From IMG/VR virus record IMGVR_UViG_3300025326_000238, positions 1-20,769 of that record: a DNA stretch of 20,769 nt, one strand, 5' to 3'. The DNA is from a virus. A program made the translations under genes and the position numbers. The notes under the pieces are model-generated. The model did not search any database. It had not been told where the DNA came from and was given only the letters and a program-made list of their open reading frames with translations. Positions within the stretch are counted from its first letter, which is position 1. Each line of letters starts with the position of its first letter. Shown piece by piece: positions 1 to 8,325 of the stretch.

Positions 1-73
1 TCCAGGCCACGCTAATTGCGCCCGATCACGTGCCTCCTTGGCGGGATGAGCCACGTTGTATCAATCCACTGAA

Positions 74-442
74 CTACGTAGGGTCAGCGATTTCCACGTC
101 CCAGACCGGGAAGTCAACCGTATTCCCAGAGGTCAAAGCCTGCGATGTACAAGTGGTGACGTAGAGCAATCGCGTCGCATCACAGAGGGCTACATGCGTT
201 GCAGTCCCAGAAGTCCCCACAGAAACCCCGGTCTTGGTTGCCATACGCACCTTGCGCCCGTTGGTATCACCGTTAGAAATCGTGTAGTCCGTCGCCGGTG
301 TCATAGCCGTTGACGCAAGCGAATAGGTACTCACGGCCTGAGCGCGTGTAGTAGGTTGAGTCCCACAGGCTGTCATCTGGTTAGCATTATCCAAAACCAG
401 AAAGGCACCATCCAGTACATCGTCATGCACTATCTTTGCCAT
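74..442 (-). CDS. Putative virion structural protein (122 aa, Thr/Ala/Gly-rich, beta-strand-like)
   Basis: Strong RBS (AAGGAG) before ATG. MAKxxHDDVLDG at the N-terminus and TSGNTVDFP at the C-terminus resemble small siphovirus virion proteins as I recall them. Lies downstream of portal. Confidence 0.55.
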   Translation of the reverse strand: MAKIVHDDVLDGAFLVLDNANQMTACGTQPTTRAQAVSTYSLASTAMTPATDYTISNGDTNGRKVRMATKTGVSVGTSGTATHVALCDATRLLYVTTCTSQALTSGNTVDFPVWDVEIADPT

Positions 443-587
443 CTTCGTTCTCCTTTTGCTTGATTTGTGACATTACATCCACTGTACTGTTCTGGATTTC
501 CAACGTCTGTTTCTCTCGCGGCTTTCCTTCAGCGTTCAATCCCTTCCCATACTTTCGATCCAGCTCCTCCTCATTTGTCATAGTCAT
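423..587 (-). CDS. Small hypothetical protein (54 aa, MTMTNEEELDRKYGKG...GKDSA), below the ORF-track cutoff
   Basis: Hand translation. GAGGT RBS 5 nt before ATG at 587; TGA at 423-425. Fills the gap between portal and the 122-aa gene and overlaps both. Confidence 0.5.
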   Translation of the reverse strand: MTMTNEEELDRKYGKGLNAEGKPREKQTLEIQNSTVDVMSQIKQKENEDGKDSA

Positions 588-2457
588 AGATTACCTCACT
601 GTCATGTCCCAGGAGCTGACCCTTCTTATCCCGACGGACTTTGGACTGTTCTCTATGTCCCGTGAGCTTCGGAGGGCGAGCATCCACATTCACCACTGGA
701 GCAGCCTGTTTAGGAACACTCACTTGAATTGTTGGAGGAGCTGCTTTCACCTCCACGTTCACTATAGGAGCGGGTTGCTCAGGGACATTCACCACAACCG
801 GAGGTTGCACCAATTTCACTTCAGGCTTGTAATCCACCTGATCGGTGTGGATCGTCAACCCATCCAATCCACCCTTTTCTTGCCGGCCAGCCACAAGAGC
901 TAGAATGGCCTTCAAGAAATCATCGTTCCGCTGGGAAACTACAGCGCGCAGATCCTCCCGCAATCCCTTGATCTCATCGCGTGTCTCTTTGTCCATGTCT
1001 CCATCCTCTACTACTTTACCATTGCCGTAATGAGGTACTTCTACTCCGGGATAATCCCCCCAAGCACCTGTCGCATGGAAGATTTCTTTCACTTCCATCG
1101 CGGACTTCGCCTGTTCTAGCTGTCCCTCTATGGATCTTTTGAGAGTTTTCGGAACATGGCTGGTATTGAAGACCCTGAACGGTTGTCCTCTCTTCACTCG
1201 ATTGACCGCGAACCGCTCGAACTGGCGCATCTCTTCCTGAAACTCTCCTCGTCCATTCGTCCGCGGTTGCTGTGCAAAGACCGGGAACTCTCTCTGCTTC
1301 GGCTCTTTAGCAGGTTCTACTTCCAATTCTTCGGCAGCCGATACAGGATCTTCGATCCCCTCCCTTACCAGGGTAGCGTGTCTCTCCGCCTCGGATTTCT
1401 TGTCCTCTGCCATCACATCCAACTTATCAAATCGCCAGCGCATCCTGAGGCTCGGATCGAACTCGCGGAATAGCTCTCCTTCTAGCACCCCAGAGAGATA
1501 TTCACATCGAGGCTTCATCGTTCCTGTCTGAAGAAACCTCATCTGCTCCTTAGCAGTAGCGTAGTTCGCTGCCTCCCACGCGCCAGCGAGGGCCGGAGGG
1601 ACTCGAAAGACTGCGCAGATATCCCTTCGTACTTCATTCAACAACTCACCCAATGCGAGGTCCTTCGTGGGATATCCGATGATATTCGGCTTCATCCCGT
1701 GGGTGGTGAAGCCTGCTTTATGCTGTTGGCTCTTTCCAGAGAATCTACGCTTCCACCAATCCACCATCTTGTCTAAAGTGGACTCGTCTACATTCTGGTC
1801 GGTGGAGAATACCAAGGGGGGAACTGCGTAGTTCTTGAAGAACGCTGCAGTGTACTCGGCGGTGTTAATCCCAGCACTTGCAGCCGCCATCGCGACTGAT
1901 AGTTTAGAGAGTCCTCCCAAGTCATTGGAGGGATGATACTCCCGGAAGTAGACTACATCCTTCCGTTGGAATAGTCTCTCGTACTGCTGTGCTCCGGGAA
2001 CTCTCTGGATGAATCCCTGAATGCCTGTGCTATCTGCCTTGAGCTGCATCGTGGTGGGGTTGAGGCGCATCAAGCCTTTGGGTTTACCTGTCCCTCCACC
2101 GCGGACCTTCTCCCAGTAAGCTACCCCGTAAATATCCATATCGTTCTCTAGCGATCTAGCTAGATCGTTCCAGTTCATCTCTGGATTGACTTCATGCAAG
2201 AGGGTGACTAGAGGATGGTCGTCACTGAGAGGACTATCCTTATCCTCCCAAGGAGTGATTTCCCATTCAAGCCCTGCTAGTGCATCTGCTCTAAGAGTGA
2301 TGCACGCATATGCCCACACACTTGCTGTGTATATCTTCGCCAGTTCAGATAGGGAGGTCTCATCCCGCTCCCAGATCTTATCGGCTTGCCAACCTGGGAT
2401 AGATACGATGGCCTTGAAGTCTTGTCCATTGATCTTCCCGAGGTTGATTACGCCCAT
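571..2457 (-). CDS. Phage portal protein (HK97/lambda-like portal core) with a C-terminal extension of about 230 aa
   Basis: Position after TerL. Portal-like motifs VYACITLRADALAGL, LLHEVNPEMNW, DVVYFREYHPSNDLGGLS and ICAVFRVPP..AG...ANYAT. Confidence 0.9.
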   Translation of the reverse strand: MGVINLGKINGQDFKAIVSIPGWQADKIWERDETSLSELAKIYTASVWAYACITLRADALAGLEWEITPWEDKDSPLSDDHPLVTLLHEVNPEMNWNDLARSLENDMDIYGVAYWEKVRGGGTGKPKGLMRLNPTTMQLKADSTGIQGFIQRVPGAQQYERLFQRKDVVYFREYHPSNDLGGLSKLSVAMAAASAGINTAEYTAAFFKNYAVPPLVFSTDQNVDESTLDKMVDWWKRRFSGKSQQHKAGFTTHGMKPNIIGYPTKDLALGELLNEVRRDICAVFRVPPALAGAWEAANYATAKEQMRFLQTGTMKPRCEYLSGVLEGELFREFDPSLRMRWRFDKLDVMAEDKKSEAERHATLVREGIEDPVSAAEELEVEPAKEPKQREFPVFAQQPRTNGRGEFQEEMRQFERFAVNRVKRGQPFRVFNTSHVPKTLKRSIEGQLEQAKSAMEVKEIFHATGAWGDYPGVEVPHYGNGKVVEDGDMDKETRDEIKGLREDLRAVVSQRNDDFLKAILALVAGRQEKGGLDGLTIHTDQVDYKPEVKLVQPPVVVNVPEQPAPIVNVEVKAAPPTIQVSVPKQAAPVVNVDARPPKLTGHREQSKVRRDKKGQLLGHDSEVIYDYDK

Positions 2458-3746
2458 GCGAAGCTCGGCTCTCCCTGTAGCATCAACTCAGTGAAGCCCC
2501 ACACGCACGCATCCATTCTATCCGGGGAGTCATCCCCTGGCACCCATGTACACTGTTGATCCTCTAATTCGGGATAGGTCCCAACATGATGAATCTTGCC
2601 TTGCTCATAAAGAGCGGCTATGGGTTCGGCTCGGGTGTACTTGCCTCTACTCGCACGGATACGCTTGATGCTCACCCCAACTCCCATGTTCTTAGCCGTG
2701 GTGCGGACAGTGTACTCCACCATCTCCCCACCGTTGTTGTCCTCTGCCACGATCAGGTTAGCTTTGTGGTTCACGTAGGCATTCACCACTGCAGTAGCCC
2801 ACTGTTCAGGCGTCCCTGTTAGGGTCCTGTCATCAACCACATACCCCTCATCCCCCAGCTTCCCACATACGACGATTCCGGTTTGGTTAGCTTCATCACT
2901 TGAAGTGACCGCGGGGTCCACCCCGATGACCACCCTTGAGAGTTCGGGAGCTGTCTTTACTCGCCCGTCTTCGATGTGAAACCTGCGCCACAAGGCTCCT
3001 GGAGTATCCTCTAGGAGTTCGGCGTAGAGTTCCTGCCTTCCTAGTCTCGTCCCCTCGTACTGTCTTAGGATCTGATCCTTGAACGGTCCTGCTAGGTTGT
3101 GGATGTTCTCGAAGGTCGATCCCTTGGTAACAACAACATCCTGCCCGTCTCTTGCTACCAAGTCTCTAATGTGCTTAGTAGGTCTAGGGGTGGTTGTTGC
3201 AATCACCTGAGGATTCAATCCTACCCGCATCCCCAGCATGAGCATGTCCCACGCCTCGGGATACCTCCAAGCTGCTAACTCATCAGCCCATGCCTTTTCG
3301 TGCTGTGGTCCCCTCAATTGATCGGGTTTGTCCCCCGTGAAGGTTGTGGCTACCGCTCCATTAGGCCAGGTGATACGTCGCTTGGTGGGTTCGTAGTGTG
3401 GTCGATTCCAGGGTGGACACACCGAGAGAATGCCTGTCTCTCCCTCAACCATCACATCTCTTACATCGGAGGCAGTCCTACCAATGAGTGCTATTCGTTT
3501 GACTCCCTTTTCTACCTGATCGCGGGTCCACTCTGCGCCGGTCCTAGTCTTCCCCCATCCTCGGCCAGTCAAGATCAACCAGATAGTCCAATCACCCGGA
3601 GGGGGAAGTTGCTTCTCCCGCGCCTTGAGTGTCCATCTATACCTTATCTCAAGAGCTAGTTCCCTAAGTCTGTCCTGCTTTTCCTTCGGCAACGAGCGAA
3701 GCAAACTCTCGGACAACTTCGGAATCTGTGAGGTATCTATGCTCAT
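2448..3746 (-). CDS. terL: Terminase large subunit (ATPase plus RNase H-like nuclease)
   Basis: Walker A GRGWGKT, Walker B-like WADE, TTTP coupling motif, nuclease VIGVDP, and C-terminal SPDRMDA. Confidence 0.95.
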   Translation of the reverse strand: MSIDTSQIPKLSESLLRSLPKEKQDRLRELALEIRYRWTLKAREKQLPPPGDWTIWLILTGRGWGKTRTGAEWTRDQVEKGVKRIALIGRTASDVRDVMVEGETGILSVCPPWNRPHYEPTKRRITWPNGAVATTFTGDKPDQLRGPQHEKAWADELAAWRYPEAWDMLMLGMRVGLNPQVIATTTPRPTKHIRDLVARDGQDVVVTKGSTFENIHNLAGPFKDQILRQYEGTRLGRQELYAELLEDTPGALWRRFHIEDGRVKTAPELSRVVIGVDPAVTSSDEANQTGIVVCGKLGDEGYVVDDRTLTGTPEQWATAVVNAYVNHKANLIVAEDNNGGEMVEYTVRTTAKNMGVGVSIKRIRASRGKYTRAEPIAALYEQGKIHHVGTYPELEDQQCTWVPGDDSPDRMDACVWGFTELMLQGEPSFAWA

Positions 3747-4230
3747 GCTCTATCTTGCCTGAAAGCTCCAACCGATCTGTAAAGGCTTGATGATGCTTCC
3801 CAAGAAGCTCAAGTGCCCGTTGTGCATCGTGCAGGGTAAGCTCTAGGCTGGTGTACTCGAACTGATCCCCCTTCTCTGAATACTTCACTGTGGTCTTAGC
3901 CCGAATGCTTTTGATGAGATGCCCATTCTGTCTCACGAATTCAGGATCGAAGGCCATGCGGTCTCCATCAGGGTTGATCACCAAGAAGTTAGCAATGGAG
4001 GCTGTGGCTTGCTCTTCTAGTCGTGCAAGTATCTCATCGAGGCTGAGGGCCCGCTGCTTGAACTCGTACTCTATCGCATCCTTGATGTTGGGTTTTCTTA
4101 TGTTCTCATGACCAATGAGAGTGGCAGACTTGACTGAGTAGCCAGCCCTGATAGCAGCCTGCGTTGCATTGAAGTCTTTGGGATACTCAAGCACAAAGGC
4201 CCGCTGTTTAGCGGTAAGCGTAGGGGTCAC
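3664..4230 (-). CDS. terS: Terminase small subunit
   Basis: N-terminal LTAKQRAFVLEY..DFNATQAAIRAGYS is the typical TerS HTH signature. Directly upstream of terL. Confidence 0.9.
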   Translation of the reverse strand: MTPTLTAKQRAFVLEYPKDFNATQAAIRAGYSVKSATLIGHENIRKPNIKDAIEYEFKQRALSLDEILARLEEQATASIANFLVINPDGDRMAFDPEFVRQNGHLIKSIRAKTTVKYSEKGDQFEYTSLELTLHDAQRALELLGKHHQAFTDRLELSGKIEHEHRYLTDSEVVREFASLVAEGKAGQT

Positions 4231-4236
4231 GCTATC

Positions 4237-4265
4237 AATCTAGCATAGATATGGGGGGAACGCAA
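4237..4265 (-). promoter_or_regulatory. Putative sigma70-type promoter for terS (leaderless)
   Basis: Minus strand TTGCGT, 17 nt, then TAGATT with a TGn extension. The GTG start lies 6 nt after the -10 and no SD is present. Confidence 0.55.
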
Positions 4266-4274
4266 GAAGTGTTG

Positions 4275-4955
4275 CTAGATCGGAAGTAACATTTGCATCT
4301 GGGCTTCGGCTATCCGCTTCTGAGCGACAGCGAAATGGCCGGGGTCGATCTCTATGCCGATAAAGTTTCGTCCAGTCTTAGCACAAGCCACACCAGTCGT
4401 ACCGCTGCCCATGAAGATATCAAGAACCGTATCGCCGGGCCGAGTGCTAATTTCAACTAACCATTGAACAAGCTCAAGCGGCTTCTCGGCTGGGTGTCCA
4501 TTCGGTTTTGTTGCCGTCCACATACAGCGCCGAATATCGGGGATGCCCCTGTTGGCGATGGCGAAGTCGTCTCCGATCCATAATGCCACGAATTCATAGG
4601 AAGGGCGAAGCCCAGCATGTCCACCGGGACCAATCCAGATCTTATCCCAAACAAGAAGCGACTCAATTGGCCAGGAAATGTCGTCGGCTGCTTTCTGGAA
4701 GGTCACAAATGATCGCCAATTCAGGAACGACCATAGGCATCCTTTCCCAAGCATAAGACTACGGCAGCGCCTAATCCATTCGGCATACCAGAAAGACGAG
4801 TTGATCCGGTCGCCCCAGGGGTTGAGTTTGCCTTGGCCGTCAGACTTCGTATTGATACTATAAGGCGGGTCGGTCACTACTGCATCTGCGCATCCAGCAG
4901 GCAACGTCTTCATCACCTCTAGACAGTCACCCAATCGTAGGTCTACCGTCGTCAT
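4275..4955 (-). CDS. Site-specific DNA methyltransferase, N4-cytosine/N6-adenine type (beta class)
   Basis: GDCLEVM start, catalytic DPPY, HPAEKP, and SAM-binding VLDIFMGSGTT followed by FIGIEID. The motif order is beta class. Confidence 0.95.
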   Translation of the reverse strand: MTTVDLRLGDCLEVMKTLPAGCADAVVTDPPYSINTKSDGQGKLNPWGDRINSSFWYAEWIRRCRSLMLGKGCLWSFLNWRSFVTFQKAADDISWPIESLLVWDKIWIGPGGHAGLRPSYEFVALWIGDDFAIANRGIPDIRRCMWTATKPNGHPAEKPLELVQWLVEISTRPGDTVLDIFMGSGTTGVACAKTGRNFIGIEIDPGHFAVAQKRIAEAQMQMLLPI

Positions 4956-5641
4956 TGATACCTTCCCCTCGCCATCTCAATCTCCCTCCCCGCTGTCCCA
5001 TCTGCATTGAATCTCGCCTCGGCTTGATCGGGTCTCTTGAGGTAGATCCCTAGTGGTATTCTCAGATGGTGGAAGGTCTCATTGTGTGCTGCTAGTCTGA
5101 GCCAGAATTCGTAGTCTCCTGCACTCTGAAATGAGGCATCAAAGGGGCCGTACTTATCATGCAGTGACTTCCTCCACATCGGCTGAGGTCCTAGAAAGCA
5201 GTGCTTCATGAGTTCATCGAATCCTCCCTCGGCCCATTTGAAGTATCCCGTCCTCCAAGCAAGATCAAAGCCTCCTGTGAGGTCCTCTACGATATCCACG
5301 TCGGCATAGGCTACTGCATGGTTGGGATTCCGGTCCAATGCGGAGGCTAAGAACTCAATCGCATAACCGGCTAGTCGATCATCACTGTTCGCATTCGTGA
5401 TGTATTCTCCTCTTGCTGCTTCAACGCCAAGGTTCCAAGCCCCGTATATAATGGGGATGTCTGGGGTGTCGATCAATACATCCTCGCCATTCAACATCCC
5501 TTCGGCTATCCTCAGTTCTTTGGATTTCTCTTGTGCCACTACAACGATCTGGGGGCGGAGCGTCTGTTGCTGGAGATTTAGGATACGCCCCTCGATATAG
5601 GGTTCGGCATAGTAGGCTGAGACGATGGAAGAGACTTTCAT
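4952..5641 (-). CDS. Glycosyltransferase family 2 (GT-A fold)
   Basis: KVSSIVSAY start, YITNANSDD (DxD-like), FDASFQSAGDYEFWLRL. The likely start is the ATG at 5641 (ATGA overlap), not 5656. Confidence 0.85.
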   Translation of the reverse strand: MKVSSIVSAYYAEPYIEGRILNLQQQTLRPQIVVVAQEKSKELRIAEGMLNGEDVLIDTPDIPIIYGAWNLGVEAARGEYITNANSDDRLAGYAIEFLASALDRNPNHAVAYADVDIVEDLTGGFDLAWRTGYFKWAEGGFDELMKHCFLGPQPMWRKSLHDKYGPFDASFQSAGDYEFWLRLAAHNETFHHLRIPLGIYLKRPDQAEARFNADGTAGREIEMARGRYQ

Positions 5642-5763
5642 AACCAGATATACCATCCTTCTGGTATCAATCCCTCCGCTAAAAGCCGGAATGCGAATTC
5701 TCTAGGGATAAACCATCCTCCCTTGAAGTCAGAGGAACAGACATTAACATAGTCAAGCATCAT
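5638..5763 (-). CDS. Small hypothetical protein (41 aa, MMLDYVNVCSSDF...WYIWL)
   Basis: GGAGG RBS. ATGA overlap with the FkbM stop upstream and with the GT2 start downstream. Confidence 0.5.
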   Translation of the reverse strand: MMLDYVNVCSSDFKGGWFIPREFAFRLLAEGLIPEGWYIWL

Positions 5764-6509
5764 CGCCTCCCAAACAGCGTGCTGTGATCCGGCCAGATCG
5801 TCCCCAGCTTGTATCGCTCTACCACCATCTTCTCTCGGTTCACCCAATCCAGTTTGTAGCCGTCATCCTTCAACAACCTCGCTAGGTTATCCTGCGCATT
5901 TGGATTAGTCTGGTTCCCTGAATGCGCCTCGATAATCCATGAGTCCACATTGCAGGTCGCTAACCCATCGGGAACCACGGTGTACTCCGCCCCTTCGATG
6001 TCCAGCTTCACCACTTTAGGATTCAGGTCTGCCAATCGAATGGAATCAACCTCTATCCCCTCTCCGAATGAAATGGCCCCATTGGATTGTCCGTCATAGT
6101 TGATCTTCCCGGTCTGATTCCAGAATGCTGCACACCTAAGACTCATCCCACGATGGAGGCAGTTCAGGAACATGTTGACTTCTGCTATATCCAGATTAGC
6201 GATATGAGGATCCACCATGATGAGCTGCTTGGGTGACTTCTGAGCCAAGACTAAAGAGTAATGCCCATGATGACATCCCCCATCTATGACTACTCTCCCC
6301 TTGAGGGGGATATTCTCCGCCACCCATTGGTATTCCAAAAGAATGTAGGATTTAGGAGGCTCGTACCAATCTCGCGCGAGTGGTGTCGCGATGAAGAAAT
6401 CTAGATTCCTAAATCCATGCTGAATGATGTAAGGTTCAAACATCTCCATCCTCCAATGCCCCGTCCTCAATTCAAAATGACGCTTTGAAGTGTTTGGATA
6501 CCAGCTCAC
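5760..6509 (-). CDS. FkbM-family SAM-dependent methyltransferase
   Basis: VVIDGGCHHGHYS SAM motif and VVKLDIEGAE signature. The true start may be the ATG at 6449 or 6443, since GGAGG precedes 6443. Confidence 0.85.
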   Translation of the reverse strand: MSWYPNTSKRHFELRTGHWRMEMFEPYIIQHGFRNLDFFIATPLARDWYEPPKSYILLEYQWVAENIPLKGRVVIDGGCHHGHYSLVLAQKSPKQLIMVDPHIANLDIAEVNMFLNCLHRGMSLRCAAFWNQTGKINYDGQSNGAISFGEGIEVDSIRLADLNPKVVKLDIEGAEYTVVPDGLATCNVDSWIIEAHSGNQTNPNAQDNLARLLKDDGYKLDWVNREKMVVERYKLGTIWPDHSTLFGRR

Positions 6510-7101
6510 GATAACTCTCGAAGTCCGCTATGTCGTAGTAGTAGTCCATCTGGAAGGTCTCATGCGGGGTCAGTTCTAAGGCTAGATTGAACGCCTCAGT
6601 ATGCTCCGTAAGATAGGTCTCTCGAAGTATCTGCATCGCTGAGTAGGGCCATCCCAATAGCCCCCAGGCTTTCTTGGGAAGTCCTTCATTCTCGGGATTC
6701 TTGTCGTCGATCATCCCGTTCCAGACACCAAACTTATGCCCCTCAGTCGTATCGAACAGCCCTATCATGAACTTGCTCTCGTCTATCTCCTTGGGGAAAT
6801 CTGAAAATAGAGTATCTGGCATCGCAAAGAGGTAGTAGTCCGCTTTCAATGTGACTGACTTGATCGCCGCTAGAAGATTGGTCCCTTGCTGGACGACTAG
6901 ATAGACGTTCCCGAATGGCGCTAGCTCCCAGGAATGCGCCGCGATCTTCTGGGGATTCGTTATCACCACAACGTAGTCACATCTTGCCATCAGAATACGG
7001 ACGGTCCTTCGGAGGAAGGATTCTCCCTCGTAGGGTAACAATTCTTTGAGGGTCCCCCCGAAGCGTTCTGACTTACCCGCGGCTGGGACAATACCAATCA
7101 T
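6472..7101 (-). CDS. Sugar-phosphate nucleotidyltransferase (NTP_transferase family)
   Basis: N-terminal GIVPAAGKSERFGG..KELLP matches the GxGxR/K.L.P signature; later FAMPDT. Confidence 0.8.
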   Translation of the reverse strand: MIGIVPAAGKSERFGGTLKELLPYEGESFLRRTVRILMARCDYVVVITNPQKIAAHSWELAPFGNVYLVVQQGTNLLAAIKSVTLKADYYLFAMPDTLFSDFPKEIDESKFMIGLFDTTEGHKFGVWNGMIDDKNPENEGLPKKAWGLLGWPYSAMQILRETYLTEHTEAFNLALELTPHETFQMDYYYDIADFESYRELVSKHFKASF

Positions 7102-7379
7102 GGCCGGGAAAAATCATAATGAACGTGACTTCCTAAACAATCCTCGGGCCATTTCAAAAAGCCATCTGGAACACGCCCCAGGAAATCTTCCTCCGATTCC
7201 AGATAACCGCGCCTTGGATCGGCCCATCCGCCATACGTCCCATTGTAAGTTCCAAGAAAGTTATGCAAGGCACAACGGCATTTTCTGTCCACTTGTTCAA
7301 CCCAGTCTTCATGTGAGGAATATCCACCTTTGAGAACTATGTCATAGGGTTTCCAGGTAGGATCACTATAGTTGTTCAA
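7098..7379 (-). CDS. Hypothetical protein (93 aa, MNNYSDPTWKPY...YDFSRP)
   Basis: TTG start overlaps the GT2 stop (TTGA) and the stop overlaps the NTase ATG (ATGA), filling the operon gap exactly. Confidence 0.55.
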   Translation of the reverse strand: MNNYSDPTWKPYDIVLKGGYSSHEDWVEQVDRKCRCALHNFLGTYNGTYGGWADPRRGYLESEEDFLGRVPDGFLKWPEDCLGSHVHYDFSRP

Positions 7380-8017
7380 TCGAAGACTGTCCAATCTTCC
7401 TGCTCCCCGATCTTGAGATTGTGCTTCGCTTCCAGATAGGCTTTGTTCTTCAGCCGGATTCCCTCGTAGCCTGGGATCTCCCATCTCGTCTTCCCCCAAT
7501 GGTGCTTTACCGGAATGGATGACTTCTCAATCCTGAAGCCTAGCTTTGCGGCCCTGAAACAGTAGTCCGCATCATCAAAGCCGCAGATCTCAAAGTTCTC
7601 ATCGAACAGCCCGACCTCATTACGGACCTCACGGGGGATGGCGAATAGCCACAGTCCTAACCACCTCATATCTTTATGGATGATGAGCTGGTTCCCCCAC
7701 AAAGTATCAGGAGTCATCCAGGCTAAGGATTCACGGATTGAACCTGTAGCTGTGATGTCATTGTTCAGGATGATGTACCAATCAGATTCCAGTTGACTAT
7801 CCGCTGAAGCAATCCCGAAGTTGATCGCCTTGGAGTAACAGACTCTTTCCAGAGATTGGATGATGTGTGCTCCCTTCTCTTGGGGATACGGAGGATCGGA
7901 GGCGTTGTCTATTACGAAAAGATCTATCCCCGGATCAAAGGAGAGGATGGATCTTATGGCAGGACGGGTGAACTCCTCCCATTGGTTGATGCCGACGAGG
8001 ATTACGACGGTGTTCAT
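7376..8017 (-). CDS. Glycosyltransferase family 2 (GT-A fold)
   Basis: LFVIDNAS, YIILNNDI, VGLFDENF..CGFDDADYCFRA..LGF are typical GT2 motifs. Confidence 0.85.
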   Translation of the reverse strand: MNTVVILVGINQWEEFTRPAIRSILSFDPGIDLFVIDNASDPPYPQEKGAHIIQSLERVCYSKAINFGIASADSQLESDWYIILNNDITATGSIRESLAWMTPDTLWGNQLIIHKDMRWLGLWLFAIPREVRNEVGLFDENFEICGFDDADYCFRAAKLGFRIEKSSIPVKHHWGKTRWEIPGYEGIRLKNKAYLEAKHNLKIGEQEDWTVFD

Positions 8018-8325
8018 TCGTTGGCGTTTTCCATCGCTTCATTCGCCAACTCCACTATTGCTTCACCAAACATGACGCTGGCATTTCCGATGCCATCAAG
8101 GTCTTTCGCAAGAGATCCAATGATGTCCAACAGTTCAAGCACAAATGAACGCCATTCTGGATGAATAGGTGCCATGATCTGTCGGCACAAAGGAAGAACG
8201 ATATTGACCCGCCGCGTGTGAGTCAAGATGTGATCATGAATCCGTGTCATCTCATCCATTGCTGGTTTGAGTCGGTCAGAGAATTCTACAAACGCCTCCG
8301 CTTTCACTTGCCCCAGTTCGTCCAT
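8014..8325 (-). CDS. Hypothetical helical protein (103 aa)
   Basis: Overlaps both neighbours in the operon. No recognisable motif. Confidence 0.6.
   Translation of the reverse strand: MDELGQVKAEAFVEFSDRLKPAMDEMTRIHDHILTHTRRVNIVLPLCRQIMAPIHPEWRSFVLELLDIIGSLAKDLDGIGNASVMFGEAIVELANEAMENANE

Noticed and set aside
1-73. Start of the next minus-strand gene (GTG at 54, or the AAGGAGG site near 34-40)
   Set aside because: Too little sequence; the strong SD leads only to a 4-codon ORF.
841-3780. Apparent abundance of CTAG
   Set aside because: A rough hand count (about 14 in 2.9 kb) is close to random expectation, so it only shows a lack of depletion.
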